From contig JALHFZ010000002.1 in the NCBI GenBank assembly GCA_022837505.1, positions 11,214 to 75,213 on the forward strand: DNA of 64,000 nt. The letters are read 5' to 3'. The notes below the pieces were generated by a model that was given only the letters and a program-made list of their open reading frames with translations, was not told the DNA's origin and made no database searches. The stretch's first letter is position 1, and every line of letters begins with the position of its first letter. Below, piece after piece: positions 1 through 9,072 of this stretch. This stretch comes from Synergistaceae bacterium. GTDB taxonomy: Bacteria > Synergistota > Synergistia > Synergistales > Aminobacteriaceae. The translations under genes were made by a program, and so were the position numbers.

Positions 1-1399
1 GGCTCGACCAGCCGTCTATATTTTTCTGATGGGCCCGGGCTACCCCGAGGGCCCCTTCAGGAACGGTTCTGCTGATGACCGACCCCGCCGCTGTAAAGGC
101 ATCGTCCTCAATCTCCACGGGGGCCACGAGCATGGTGTCGCTTCCGATGAAGCAGCGGTTCCCTATGATGGTGGGGTTTTTTCGCTGCCCGTCGTAGTTG
201 CAGGTGATGGTCCCCGCTCCGATGTTGGTATCCTCCCCTACGGAAGCGTCTCCGAGGTAGGTGAGGTGGGGGGCCTTGCTTCTCTTTCCGAGAACGCTCT
301 TCTTGATCTCCACGAACTTTCCGGCGAGGGCATCCTCCCCGAGGACCGCTCCGTCCCGCAGGACGATGAAGGGGCCCGCCCGGGACCCCCTTTCAAGGCG
401 GCTGTCGCTGAGGACGGCGTGGCTCACCACGTCCGCCCCTTCGGAAAGGGTCATGTTTCTGAGAATGGAGAACCCTCCCACATGGCTGCCCCTGGCGATG
501 GCGGTCTTTCCCCAGATCTGAACGAAGGGGTCGATGGAGACATCAGGTTCGATGGTGACGGCAGGGCCTATCCAGACGGAGGAGGGGTCCATCATGCGCA
601 CTCCCCGGGAAAGATGCCCTTCCACGATCTCCCGGCGGATGGACTCTCCGGAGGACCAGAGATGTTCCGGCGTGTTCACCCCCCGGAACTCCGCCTCCCG
701 GGAGGCGATAGTGCTGTTCACCGGCCGACCGTCCCGGACCATGAGGCCCACCAGATCGGGGAGGTAGTATTCCCCCTGGGCGTTCTCGTTGTCCAGCCGG
801 TCGATAAAGGGGCGGAGGGCTGAGACGGTGAAGATGTATATTCCGCTGTTGACCTCGGAGATGAGCTTCTGTTCTTCCGTGGCGTCCCGGTCCTCCACTA
901 TGGAGACGGCCGACCCGGACCGCACGACCCGCCCGTACCCCCGGGGGTCTGCCGCGGAGAAGCTGAGAAAGGTGCAGTCCGCCCCCGAACCGGCATGGTC
1001 GGCCAGGAGGGCTTCGAGGGTCGAGCTTTGGAGATGGGGAACGTCGCCTGGAAGGACCATAAGATTGTCGAAGCCCGACCACCATTCCCGGGCGATTCTG
1101 ACCGCATGTCCCGTGCCGAGCTGTTCGTGCTGCCAGAGGGGGATCACCGAGGGCCACGATCCGGATAGATAGGCCGAGACCTCCTCGCCCTTGTGCCCCA
1201 CCACTGCGGAGACGGAGGATATCTTTCCCCTGCCCGTTCCGCGGCAGGGCTCCAGGGCCGAAAGGACATAATAGAGAAGAGGCTGATCGAGTATGGGAAG
1301 AAGGACCTTTGGGTGGTCGCTCTTCATTCTGGTGCCTTTGCCCGCCGCAAGGACAAGCGCCCCGGTTCCGGCAGTCGAGCAGGTCAAGGAGATCAACAC
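1..1399 (-). CDS. glmU: Bifunctional UDP-N-acetylglucosamine pyrophosphorylase / glucosamine-1-phosphate N-acetyltransferase GlmU (3' end runs off the window)
   Basis: Absent from the ORF track because it has no stop in the window. Manual minus-strand translation from GTG at 1399-1397 gives ...GALVLAAGKGTRMKSDHPKVLLPI... (nucleotidyltransferase G-loop), then EYYLPD, then C-terminal hexapeptide beta-helix repeats (...GEDTNIGAGTITCNYDGQRKNPTIIGNRCFIGSDTMLVAPV...). TTG at 1396 is an alternative start. Confidence 0.9.
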   Translation of the reverse strand, partial: MLISLTCSTAGTGALVLAAGKGTRMKSDHPKVLLPILDQPLLYYVLSALEPCRGTGRGKISSVSAVVGHKGEEVSAYLSGSWPSVIPLWQHEQLGTGHAVRIAREWWSGFDNLMVLPGDVPHLQSSTLEALLADHAGSGADCTFLSFSAADPRGYGRVVRSGSAVSIVEDRDATEEQKLISEVNSGIYIFTVSALRPFIDRLDNENAQGEYYLPDLVGLMVRDGRPVNSTIASREAEFRGVNTPEHLWSSGESIRREIVEGHLSRGVRMMDPSSVWIGPAVTIEPDVSIDPFVQIWGKTAIARGSHVGGFSILRNMTLSEGADVVSHAVLSDSRLERGSRAGPFIVLRDGAVLGEDALAGKFVEIKKSVLGKRSKAPHLTYLGDASVGEDTNIGAGTITCNYDGQRKNPTIIGNRCFIGSDTMLVAPVEIEDDAFTAAGSVISRTVPEGALGVARAHQKNIDGWSS

Positions 1400-1455
1400 C
1401 TTTATATGAATTTTCGGGGGAAAACAGGGGTCTTTTTTTCCCCGAAGAACGCTTC

Positions 1456-1529
1456 TGGCTGGGGTGGCTGGATTCGAACCAGCGATGACGGAGCCAAAGT
1501 CCGCTGCCTTGCCGCTTGGCTACACCCCA
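1456..1529 (-). tRNA. tRNA-Gln (anticodon UUG), CCA encoded
   Basis: Minus strand reads TGGGGTGTAGCCAAGCGGCAAGGCAGCGGACTTTGGCTCCGTCATCGCTGGTTCGAATCCAGCCACCCCAGCCA. Acceptor TGGGGTG/CACCCCA, anticodon loop CTTTGGC, T-loop GGTTCGAATCC. Confidence 0.95.
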
Positions 1530-1546
1530 TCATAAAGAACCACAAT

Positions 1547-1574
1547 ATAGTAGCAGAGCTTGACCAAGTGTCAA
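1547..1574 (-). promoter_or_regulatory. Sigma-70-like promoter upstream of tRNA-Gln (and probably glmU)
   Basis: Minus strand TTGACA (1574-1569), 16-nt spacer, TACTAT (1552-1547), about 18 nt upstream of the mature tRNA 5' end. Confidence 0.5.
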
Positions 1575-1808
1575 GAAAGATGGTTCTTTCCGCCCCTTCT
1601 TTTTTATTATACTCCACCCCTTGCGGAAAAGGGTTCTTCCCCATCCGCAGGGCAGGGGTGCTGCCGTCGGCAGACGAGAGGAGCAGATCCTTGCCCTCTG
1701 CCGGCCGCCGGGTTTCTTCCCAAATGCTCCCCTGGGCCGGCTGGATATCAGGGGGTCTCTCTTTTTTTCCTCGGAAAAGAACCAGCTCTGTGGTAGAATT
1801 TCAATCAA

Positions 1809-2321
1809 ATGACAGCCTTACTCGTCTTCGCCTTTTTTCTTTATTTTCCCTACGGGTGGTGCACCCTCCGGAAACGGTCCTTTGAAAGCTGCGGCCTGAG
1901 GTGGCAAATCACCCGCCGGGGATGGACTGACATTGCCCTTGCCACGGCGGGGACGCTCCTCCCCCTGACGGCCATTGCCCTTCTGTTTTTTCGAAAATTC
2001 CTCCCCTCTCCGGGGCCCGGGGCGATCTACCCGGCCGTCCTCTCCGGTTTTGCCGTGGCCGTGGCGGAGGAGACCTTTTTCCGGGGGTGGCTGCAGACGG
2101 TCCTCTCTTCGAAATTCCCGGCCCCCCGGGCAATTTTCATCACGGCGGCCCTTTTCGGCCTCGCCCATCTCGCCTCCCCCTACGCCCCCTTCGCCCTGCT
2201 TGCTTTCTTCCCCGGGCTGGTCATGGGCCTTCTCAGGCACCGTCACGGTTCGATCCTTCCGGCCATCCTCTATCACTGGTTCGGCAATATCTGGTCCATC
2301 TGGTTTTACCCCCATCTTTAA
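1809..2321 (+). CDS. CPBP-family intramembrane glutamic endopeptidase (CAAX protease-like)
   Basis: Multi-TM 170-aa ORF with the CPBP motifs AEETFFRGWL, FGLAH and a distal YHWFGN. Confidence 0.85.
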   Translation: MTALLVFAFFLYFPYGWCTLRKRSFESCGLRWQITRRGWTDIALATAGTLLPLTAIALLFFRKFLPSPGPGAIYPAVLSGFAVAVAEETFFRGWLQTVLSSKFPAPRAIFITAALFGLAHLASPYAPFALLAFFPGLVMGLLRHRHGSILPAILYHWFGNIWSIWFYPHL

Positions 2322-2347
2322 GGGGAGAACCGGGAAAGGAGTTCATT

Positions 2348-3412
2348 ATGAAAAAAATCTGCGGACTGTCCCTGTTCCTTCTCACCCTGATCCTGGGCTT
2401 TGCCCCCTTTTCCTCAGCCTCCGCCGCCCCGCTTTTTGAAATACACCTTCCCCTCGTCCTCGGGGAGAGCGCATCGGCAATCCTTCCGGACGGGCGGACC
2501 TTCCCCCTCGGAAGGGTGGCGGGCCTTCCGGAGACCACCCGCTGGCCGGGGTATACGGCGTCGAAATGGGCCCTTCCGGGCACGGTGGCGGCCTCTGCGG
2601 TGAATGCCGTCCATATTACCCTCGCCATCGAAAAGGACGCAGGGAGGACCTTCAGCGTCCTCCCCCTGACGACCCTCGCCCCCGCTGCGGGGAAGGCGGC
2701 CTTCGTGACCCTGGACGTTCCGGCGGGAACGGGCTTTTTCGGAGGGTGGGCTCCCCCCGTGGGAACCCGGGTCTCGGTGAAGGGCAGGGACGGCACTCTT
2801 GTGCCCCTGGAGGTCCGGGGGCTTCCCTCCCCGGGAGAGGAACTGATCTTTTTCGTTGAGGAGCTCCCCCGCCCCTATATCATCGACATGGAGAACAGGC
2901 CGGGGGGGCGGATCATCGGATGGTACGCTGAAGGACCGAAGATCCTTGCCCGGGTCATCCGGCCGGTGAAAGGGGTCGGCCGCTTCGGCGGAACGGAGTT
3001 TCAGGCCCGGGGGCGCATCCGGGCGAATCACTCGGGGGTGATCGATGTGAGCACCACTCCCCGGGGCACTGTGGGGGGGTTCCAGATCATGCCCCTTCTT
3101 CACGCCGGATCGAAGGAAATGGCCTCCGCCTGGAACCTCACCCAGTGGATGATCGCCGGTTCAGAGTCGGGGGAACCCCTTCCGGGCCGCCCTCCCCTCT
3201 TCTCGGGGAATCTTCTTCCGGGAAGCCAGGGGGGTGACGCCCTCTGGGACATGTGGTCCACCGAGGGGCGCAAGCCCCTGGTGCTGTGCCGACTGGACGG
3301 AGGAAAATGGGAGAAGCTTCCGGAGGAGGGGGGAAGGCAGGACGGAGCCCTCGGGAGGGTCACCCATATCCGCATCTATTCCCCCTTCACGGCAGAACCC
3401 CAGAAGAACTGA
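2348..3412 (+). CDS. Secreted hypothetical protein (signal peptide, no recognised domain)
   Basis: Track ORF 2087..3412 overlaps the CPBP gene. The internal ATG at 2348 follows GGAAAGGAG and gives MKKICGLSLFLLTLILGFAPFSSASA, a classic signal peptide. Confidence 0.7.
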   Translation: MKKICGLSLFLLTLILGFAPFSSASAAPLFEIHLPLVLGESASAILPDGRTFPLGRVAGLPETTRWPGYTASKWALPGTVAASAVNAVHITLAIEKDAGRTFSVLPLTTLAPAAGKAAFVTLDVPAGTGFFGGWAPPVGTRVSVKGRDGTLVPLEVRGLPSPGEELIFFVEELPRPYIIDMENRPGGRIIGWYAEGPKILARVIRPVKGVGRFGGTEFQARGRIRANHSGVIDVSTTPRGTVGGFQIMPLLHAGSKEMASAWNLTQWMIAGSESGEPLPGRPPLFSGNLLPGSQGGDALWDMWSTEGRKPLVLCRLDGGKWEKLPEEGGRQDGALGRVTHIRIYSPFTAEPQKN

Positions 3413-3438
3413 GCCCTTATGACACTTTGACAATCAAA

Positions 3439-3466
3439 GGGGGGAGCGGCCGAAGCCGCTCCCCCC
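3439..3466. terminator. GC-rich hairpin between convergent genes (likely bidirectional terminator)
   Basis: GGGGGGAGCGGC-CGAA-GCCGCTCCCCCC, a perfect 12-bp stem. It lies between the stop of the 2348..3412 gene and the stop of glmS. Flanking U-tracts are weak. Confidence 0.5.
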
Positions 3467-3489
3467 TGATTATGGCTGTTTCTCCCTGT

Positions 3490-5322
3490 CTACTCGACCG
3501 TGACGCTTTTGGCGAGGTTCCGGGGCTGGTCGATGTGGCACCCCAGAAAACGGGCGAAGTGGTAGGCGAAGAGCTGCAGAGGGACCACCGTGAGAAAGGG
3601 GGAGAATTCCTCCGCCGCGGACGGAACGAAGAAGATGCGGTCCGCCGTATCGTCGAGGGATTCGTCTCCCTCTGTGGCGACGGCAATGACCGGGGCTTTT
3701 CTGGCCTTCGCCTCGAGGATGTTCGAGAAGGTCTTCTCGGAGAGGGCATCCCGGGGGGTGACCACCACCACGGGAACCCGGGGGTCGAGAAGGGCGATGG
3801 GACCGTGCTTCATCTCTCCCGCGGCGTAGGCCTCGGCGTGGACATAGGAGATCTCCTTCAGTTTGAGGGCTCCCTCGAGGGCTATGGGGTATGAAATTCC
3901 CCTTCCGAGGAAGAGAAAGTCCCGGGCATGGGTGTAGAGGCCGGCCATTTCCTGAAGTTCGCCCTGCCTCTGGAGGATGGATTCAACTTTATAGGGGAGG
4001 GCGAGAAGCTCCCTGCACCACAGGCGTTCCTGCTCCCTTGTGACCCTCCCCTGGAGGCGTCCGAGGTAGATGGCCAGGAGATAGAGGACGGCCATCTGTC
4101 CCATGAAGGTCTTCGTGGCCGCCACGCCGATCTCCGGCCCCGCCTTGAGCTGAAGGATGTCGTCCACTTCCCGGGCGAGGGTCGAGCCTATGACGTTCGT
4201 TACGGCGAGGCAGCGCCCCCCCAGGGATTTCACGATCCGCTCGGCTGCGAGGGTATCCGCCGTCTCTCCCGACTGGGAGACGAAGACCGCAAGGGTATCC
4301 CTGTCCGCTGAGATGGTGCGGTACCGGTATTCCGACGCCACATCCACCCGGATGTCGAAGCCGGTGATCCGCTCGAGAAACCGTTCGGCTGTCAGGGCCG
4401 CGTAGTAGGAGGTGCCGCAGGCCACGATATGAAGCTTTTTCCACCCCCGGACGTCCTCCTCCGTCCAGGGAAGCTCCGCCGAGAGGTCAACCCTTTCATC
4501 TACGATCCTCTTCGCCATGGAGTTGCGGAGGACCGCTCCCTGCTCGTTGATCTCCTTGAGCATGAAGTGGGGGTACCCCCCTTTGTCCACCATGGTGACG
4601 TCCCAGTCGATATGGGATATTTTCTTCTCTATGGGCTCTCCCCGGGAGTTCCAGAACTTCATCCCCTCCCGGGAGAGTTCGGCCATGTCTCCGTCATCGA
4701 GATAGACCACGTCCTGGGTGTAGGGGAGGATGGCCGGAACGTCGGAGGCGCAGAAGGTCTCCCCCTTTCCGGTCGTCCCCACCACGAGGGGCGACCCCTG
4801 GCGGAGGCAGTAGATCCTGTCAGGGTCATCCCGGGAGAGGATCGCGAGGGCGAAGGAGCCCTTCAGAAGGCCCTGAAGCTCCGTGAGGGCTTCGACCATG
4901 TTCCCCCGGTAGAGGCTAGAGAGAAGTTCGGCCACGACCTCCGTATCGGTCTCCGATTTATAGGTCCCCTCTCTCCGGGAGGAAAGGTCCTTGCGGATCT
5001 CCCGGTAGTTTTCAATGATTCCGTTGTGGACGAGCACCAGCCGGGAGGACAGATCCTCATGGGGGTGTGCGTTGACCTGGGTTACGCCCCCGTGGGTCGC
5101 CCACCGGGTATGGCCGATGCCGAAGGTGCCGGAGACGGGCCTTGTTTCGAGGAGGGCCTCAAGATCGGCCACCTTCCCCACTTCTTTGACCACGTACATC
5201 TCTGATTTATCCATTATGGCGATTCCCGCCGAGTCATATCCGCGATACTCAAGACTCCTCAGACCCCGGATAAGCACATCGCTTATCTTCCGGGGCCCTA
5301 TATACCCTACGATTCCACACAT
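3490..5322 (-). CDS. glmS: Glutamine--fructose-6-phosphate aminotransferase (isomerizing)
   Basis: Starts MCGIVGYIG (N-terminal catalytic Cys), followed by two SIS domains, and ends ...NLAKSVTVE. The track start (GTG, MRFF...) is trimmed to the ATG at 5322. Confidence 0.97.
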   Translation of the reverse strand: MCGIVGYIGPRKISDVLIRGLRSLEYRGYDSAGIAIMDKSEMYVVKEVGKVADLEALLETRPVSGTFGIGHTRWATHGGVTQVNAHPHEDLSSRLVLVHNGIIENYREIRKDLSSRREGTYKSETDTEVVAELLSSLYRGNMVEALTELQGLLKGSFALAILSRDDPDRIYCLRQGSPLVVGTTGKGETFCASDVPAILPYTQDVVYLDDGDMAELSREGMKFWNSRGEPIEKKISHIDWDVTMVDKGGYPHFMLKEINEQGAVLRNSMAKRIVDERVDLSAELPWTEEDVRGWKKLHIVACGTSYYAALTAERFLERITGFDIRVDVASEYRYRTISADRDTLAVFVSQSGETADTLAAERIVKSLGGRCLAVTNVIGSTLAREVDDILQLKAGPEIGVAATKTFMGQMAVLYLLAIYLGRLQGRVTREQERLWCRELLALPYKVESILQRQGELQEMAGLYTHARDFLFLGRGISYPIALEGALKLKEISYVHAEAYAAGEMKHGPIALLDPRVPVVVVTPRDALSEKTFSNILEAKARKAPVIAVATEGDESLDDTADRIFFVPSAAEEFSPFLTVVPLQLFAYHFARFLGCHIDQPRNLAKSVTVE

Positions 5323-5354
5323 AAAAAAACGCACCGCCTTTTCTTTCCACCATG

Positions 5355-5504
5355 AGAAACCTGCCCCGCCTTTGTGAGGGAGATCACTCTCCCTTTTTGG
5401 GAAGGGGCTTTGCGGGTCCGTCTCTCCTGAACCCCGGAGGCATCCGCCGATTTTTTCGATACTCCTCCGACCTCGTCAGCCGGCCTGGGGCCGACCCTGG
5501 CGCT
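5355..5504 (-). ncRNA. glmS ribozyme (GlcN6P-dependent self-cleaving leader)
   Basis: Minus strand reads A|GCGCCAGGGTCGGCCCCAGGCCGGCTGACGAGGTCGGAGGAGTATCGAAAAAATCGGCGGATGCCTCCGGGG... This contains the conserved core blocks AGCGCC, CUGACGAGG, GGAGG, AUCGAA and UCGGCGGAUGCCUCC, immediately 5' of glmS. The 3' boundary is approximate. Confidence 0.9.
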
Positions 5505-6389
5505 TTATCTACCTGGCTGGGGGTTGCCGCTGATTTTCAGTGCCTCAAGCACCACCTCCCTTAAATTGGGGTTGTCCATGGCGAGCTGGATATTCGCCGA
5601 AAGCCATCCCGGCTGGGTTCCGCAGTCGAAGCGGCGTCCCCTGTACAGCACCCCCCAGACCGGTTCGGTACGGGCAAGGGTGCGGAGGGCGTCGGTGAGC
5701 TGAATCTCCCCTCCGGCGCCTTTTTGCTGATTTTTGAGTATGGAGAAGACCGTGGGGGTCAGGACGTATCTTCCCATGATGGCGAGGGTGCTGGGCGCCT
5801 TTTCGGGCCCCGGCTTCTCCACCATGTCATTAATGCGGTAGACGCCCTCTCCCGCAATTTCGGCAGCCACGACCCCGTAGCGGGAGGTCTCCTCGGGGGA
5901 AACTTCCTCCAGGGCGATCACCGAGCCTCCCCGCTCCCGCTGCACCGCGATGAGCTGCGCCAGGACCGACGGGTCTGCCACCATGACGTCGTCGGGCAAT
6001 ATGACGCCGAAGGGGGCATCCCTGCAGACCGGCTCGCCGCACAGAACGGCGTGGCCGAGGCCGAGGGGGCTGTGCTGTCGCATATAGATGAAGACGGCCA
6101 TGGAGGCGATGGAGACCACCGCATCATAGAGGGAGGTCTTGTTCCTTGTCTTGAGCATATGTTCGAGCTCGAAGGAGCGGTCGAAATAATCCTCGATGGC
6201 CTTCTTCGACCGTCCGGTGATCATGACCATTTCGGTGCACCCTGCGGCGAGGGCCTCCTCCACTCCGTAGGTGATGATGGGACGGTCCAGGAGGGGGAGC
6301 ATTTCCTTCGCGATTTCCTTGGTGGCCGGCAGAAAGCGGGTTCCGAGGCCGGCTACGGGAAAGAGACATTTTCTGATTTCATTGGCCAT
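5505..6389 (-). CDS. galU: UTP--glucose-1-phosphate uridylyltransferase
   Basis: MANEIRKCLFPVAGLGTRFLPATKEIAKEMLPLLDRP... is the GalU signature. The start is trimmed to the ATG at 6389, which follows GAGAGGAGG. Confidence 0.93.
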   Translation of the reverse strand: MANEIRKCLFPVAGLGTRFLPATKEIAKEMLPLLDRPIITYGVEEALAAGCTEMVMITGRSKKAIEDYFDRSFELEHMLKTRNKTSLYDAVVSIASMAVFIYMRQHSPLGLGHAVLCGEPVCRDAPFGVILPDDVMVADPSVLAQLIAVQRERGGSVIALEEVSPEETSRYGVVAAEIAGEGVYRINDMVEKPGPEKAPSTLAIMGRYVLTPTVFSILKNQQKGAGGEIQLTDALRTLARTEPVWGVLYRGRRFDCGTQPGWLSANIQLAMDNPNLREVVLEALKISGNPQPGR

Positions 6390-6420
6390 GAAACAGCCTC
6401 CTCTCACAGTGAGATATTTC

Positions 6421-7764
6421 TCAGATACACTTCTCCCGTATCTGCTTCACCAGTCTTTCTGAGATTTCCTCCATGAGGCGCCGGTCCCTTGCCTCCACGA
6501 GCACCCGGAGGAGGGGCTCCGTACCGGAGGGGCGGATGAGGATCCTCCCCGCCCCGGCGAGGCGGCATTCCTCGGTTGACGAAATTGCCGAGAGAAATTC
6601 ACCGCTCATCACCGTGTTTTTCGATATCTCCACGTTGCAGAGAAGCTGGGGCCAGGGAGCGTAGCGGTCCGCGAGGGTGTCCATGTCCTCCCCCAGGGCG
6701 AGGCAGGCCTTCAGGAAGAAGAGCCCGGTGCAGAGGCCGTCCCCGGTGTTGACAAAGGAGGAGAGGATGATGTGCCCCGACTGCTCCCCTCCGAGGAGGG
6801 CTCCCCGGGCGGCCATGGTCTCCATGACGTACCGGTCTCCCACGGGGCAGCGGAAGACAGAAATTCCGTCCTCTGCGAGGTGTTCCTCCAGGGCCATGTT
6901 GCTCATGACCGTGGCGGCTACCCCGGTGCCGAGCTTTCCCTCCGAGGCAAGCCATCGGGCCAGGACCCACAGGATGATATCTCCGTCAAGGATCCGACCC
7001 CGTCCGTCCATCAGAAGAGCCCGGTCGGCGTCTCCGTCGTAGGCTATGCCCATGGGCAGGTCCCGGCTCCGGACCACCGCCGACAGGTGGCCCATGTTCA
7101 TGACCCCTACCCCCTCATTGATGTTGAGGCCGTCCGGGGAGTTTCCCACGAAGGTCCATCGTCCTCCCAGTTCCTCAAAGACCGAAGGGGCCACGGTGAC
7201 GGCGGCGCCGTGGGCGCAGTCGGCCCCTCCGGAGAGGGGGAAGGGGAAGGAGTCCCCCCAGAGGGAGGCGGCCCAGCGTCCGTACTCTGAGGGGGCGGAA
7301 TCGACCTTCCGCAGCACCCCCACGGAGGCGCCTGTCGGTCGCCAGTCGTCCGTGAGGTTATCCCCCATGTACTCCTCAATGGAACCCTCCATGTCGTCGG
7401 AGAGCTTCGACCCCGTTCCGTCGAGGAATTTGATTCCGTTGTATTCCGCCGGGTTATGGGATGCGCTGATGACTGCCCCGCCGTGAAGGCCGAGGTTTTT
7501 GACGGAAAAGCTCACCCCCGGAGTGGGCAGCACGCCGAGAAGGTAGACATCGGCCCCTGCGGAGGTCATTCCGGCGGAAAGGGCCGCCTCAAGCATCTGC
7601 CCGGAGCGCCGGGTATCCCTTCCGAGGGCGATCTTCGGCCGGGGAACTCCCCTCTCCGTTAGAAAGAGGACGTAGGAGCGGCCGAGCCGAAGGGCCATTT
7701 CGGGGGTCATATCCCCCCTGTTTGCCACATCCCTGACGCCGTCCGTTCCGAAGAGGCAGCGCAT
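6421..7764 (-). CDS. glmM: Phosphoglucosamine mutase
   Basis: MRCLFGTDGVRD..., phosphoserine loop SASHNPAEYNGIK, C-terminal IRPSGTEPLLRV. The start is trimmed to the ATG at 7764, which follows GGAGGAAAG. Confidence 0.95.
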   Translation of the reverse strand: MRCLFGTDGVRDVANRGDMTPEMALRLGRSYVLFLTERGVPRPKIALGRDTRRSGQMLEAALSAGMTSAGADVYLLGVLPTPGVSFSVKNLGLHGGAVISASHNPAEYNGIKFLDGTGSKLSDDMEGSIEEYMGDNLTDDWRPTGASVGVLRKVDSAPSEYGRWAASLWGDSFPFPLSGGADCAHGAAVTVAPSVFEELGGRWTFVGNSPDGLNINEGVGVMNMGHLSAVVRSRDLPMGIAYDGDADRALLMDGRGRILDGDIILWVLARWLASEGKLGTGVAATVMSNMALEEHLAEDGISVFRCPVGDRYVMETMAARGALLGGEQSGHIILSSFVNTGDGLCTGLFFLKACLALGEDMDTLADRYAPWPQLLCNVEISKNTVMSGEFLSAISSTEECRLAGAGRILIRPSGTEPLLRVLVEARDRRLMEEISERLVKQIREKCI

Positions 7765-7809
7765 TTTCTTTCCTCCGCTCGTCATTGTCGCTTCACCATC
7801 CCAGCAGGA

Positions 7810-9042
7810 CTAAAAATCCTGAATATCGGCGATAACGGTAATGTTCGCCGGTTCAACCTTGATGACCTTCAGCTTTCCTCCGGTTTTATTGCGAATCTGC
7901 ACCGGCACGGTCAGCCGCCTCGACACGACGTTGGTTACATTGACGAAGGGCTGAATGAGCACTTCCTTTTCATCAAGGGCGTTGACCTCTGAAGGGATCC
8001 CCTCCAGCGTGACGTTCACCGATTCAGGCTCCACCTTCCATTTCGGATAGACGCTCCGCCCCTCCACTTCCACGGAGAGGCTCGACAGAAGACGGGTTAC
8101 GGTGAAGGGCGTCAGAAGAACGTTTACCCTGACGGACGTTGCACCCACAAGGGTTACCATGGGGTCCTCCGGAGCCCGGAGGGAGACCACCATGTTCTGC
8201 TCCTTCGAGATGCCTGTGATATCGATGGTTTCTGTATCAATTTTTGTAATTCCCTCAAGCTTTCCGAGGGGGCCTTCAACGGTAGCCACTGCCGGTTCGA
8301 CGATGACGGCCTTGAGGCGGAAGTCCTCCGTGGGCTTTCCGAGAATCCGGGCGTTCACCGGTACGGATTTCTTCGGCACACCCTGGGCGAGGACTGCTGA
8401 GAGCTTCACCGAGAGGGGTTCGACTCGAACGGCATCCTCGAATTCTCCGCTTTTCGTGATCTCCACGGGGAGCACCTTTTCCCCTCCCGCCTTGAGATCG
8501 TCGAGGGTCACCTTTATCCGCGCCGAGGTTATCTTCGATACGTCATTTTCGCTCCCCCGGGCGCTGACTTCGGCGGGAACGATGCTGACACCGTCAAGAT
8601 ACAGTCCCGGGGGGAGGCCGTTTTCCACAACCACCTCCACGGGGATGAGACGGTCGACATACCGGAGAAGTTCGATGTCCGCATGGGTCGGCCGGATATC
8701 CACCAGCTTCACGTCTTTGGGAAGGATGGACCGGATCGCCACCCGGTATTTTCCCACATCAAGCCCCCGGGCGTCCAGTTCACAGACGACCGAGCCGGGG
8801 GTCAGGGAGGAGAGGACGGCCTGCTCTCCCGAGAGGACCACCTCCACGGTTTTTACGGGGGTTCTGAGGGTGACCTGGGGGGGGACATTGAGATATTCGA
8901 GATCCACCGTGATCGTCCTCGTGGTCTCGGTGGACCGGCTTCCGGAGACGTAGAACCAGAAGGCGAGGGCAATGAGAACTGCGATCACCTTCAGGAAAAG
9001 GGGGGATGCGAGAATATCGTCGATCTTCCGGGGTTCAGCCAT
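7810..9042 (-). CDS. cdaR: YbbR-domain protein, CdaA regulator CdaR
   Basis: N-terminal TM helix followed by repeated beta-rich YbbR-like modules. It occupies the conserved position between cdaA and glmM. Confidence 0.85.
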   Translation of the reverse strand: MAEPRKIDDILASPLFLKVIAVLIALAFWFYVSGSRSTETTRTITVDLEYLNVPPQVTLRTPVKTVEVVLSGEQAVLSSLTPGSVVCELDARGLDVGKYRVAIRSILPKDVKLVDIRPTHADIELLRYVDRLIPVEVVVENGLPPGLYLDGVSIVPAEVSARGSENDVSKITSARIKVTLDDLKAGGEKVLPVEITKSGEFEDAVRVEPLSVKLSAVLAQGVPKKSVPVNARILGKPTEDFRLKAVIVEPAVATVEGPLGKLEGITKIDTETIDITGISKEQNMVVSLRAPEDPMVTLVGATSVRVNVLLTPFTVTRLLSSLSVEVEGRSVYPKWKVEPESVNVTLEGIPSEVNALDEKEVLIQPFVNVTNVVSRRLTVPVQIRNKTGGKLKVIKVEPANITVIADIQDF

Positions 9043-9072
9043 GATCTTTTGAACTTCTCCGGCAAGAGCCTG

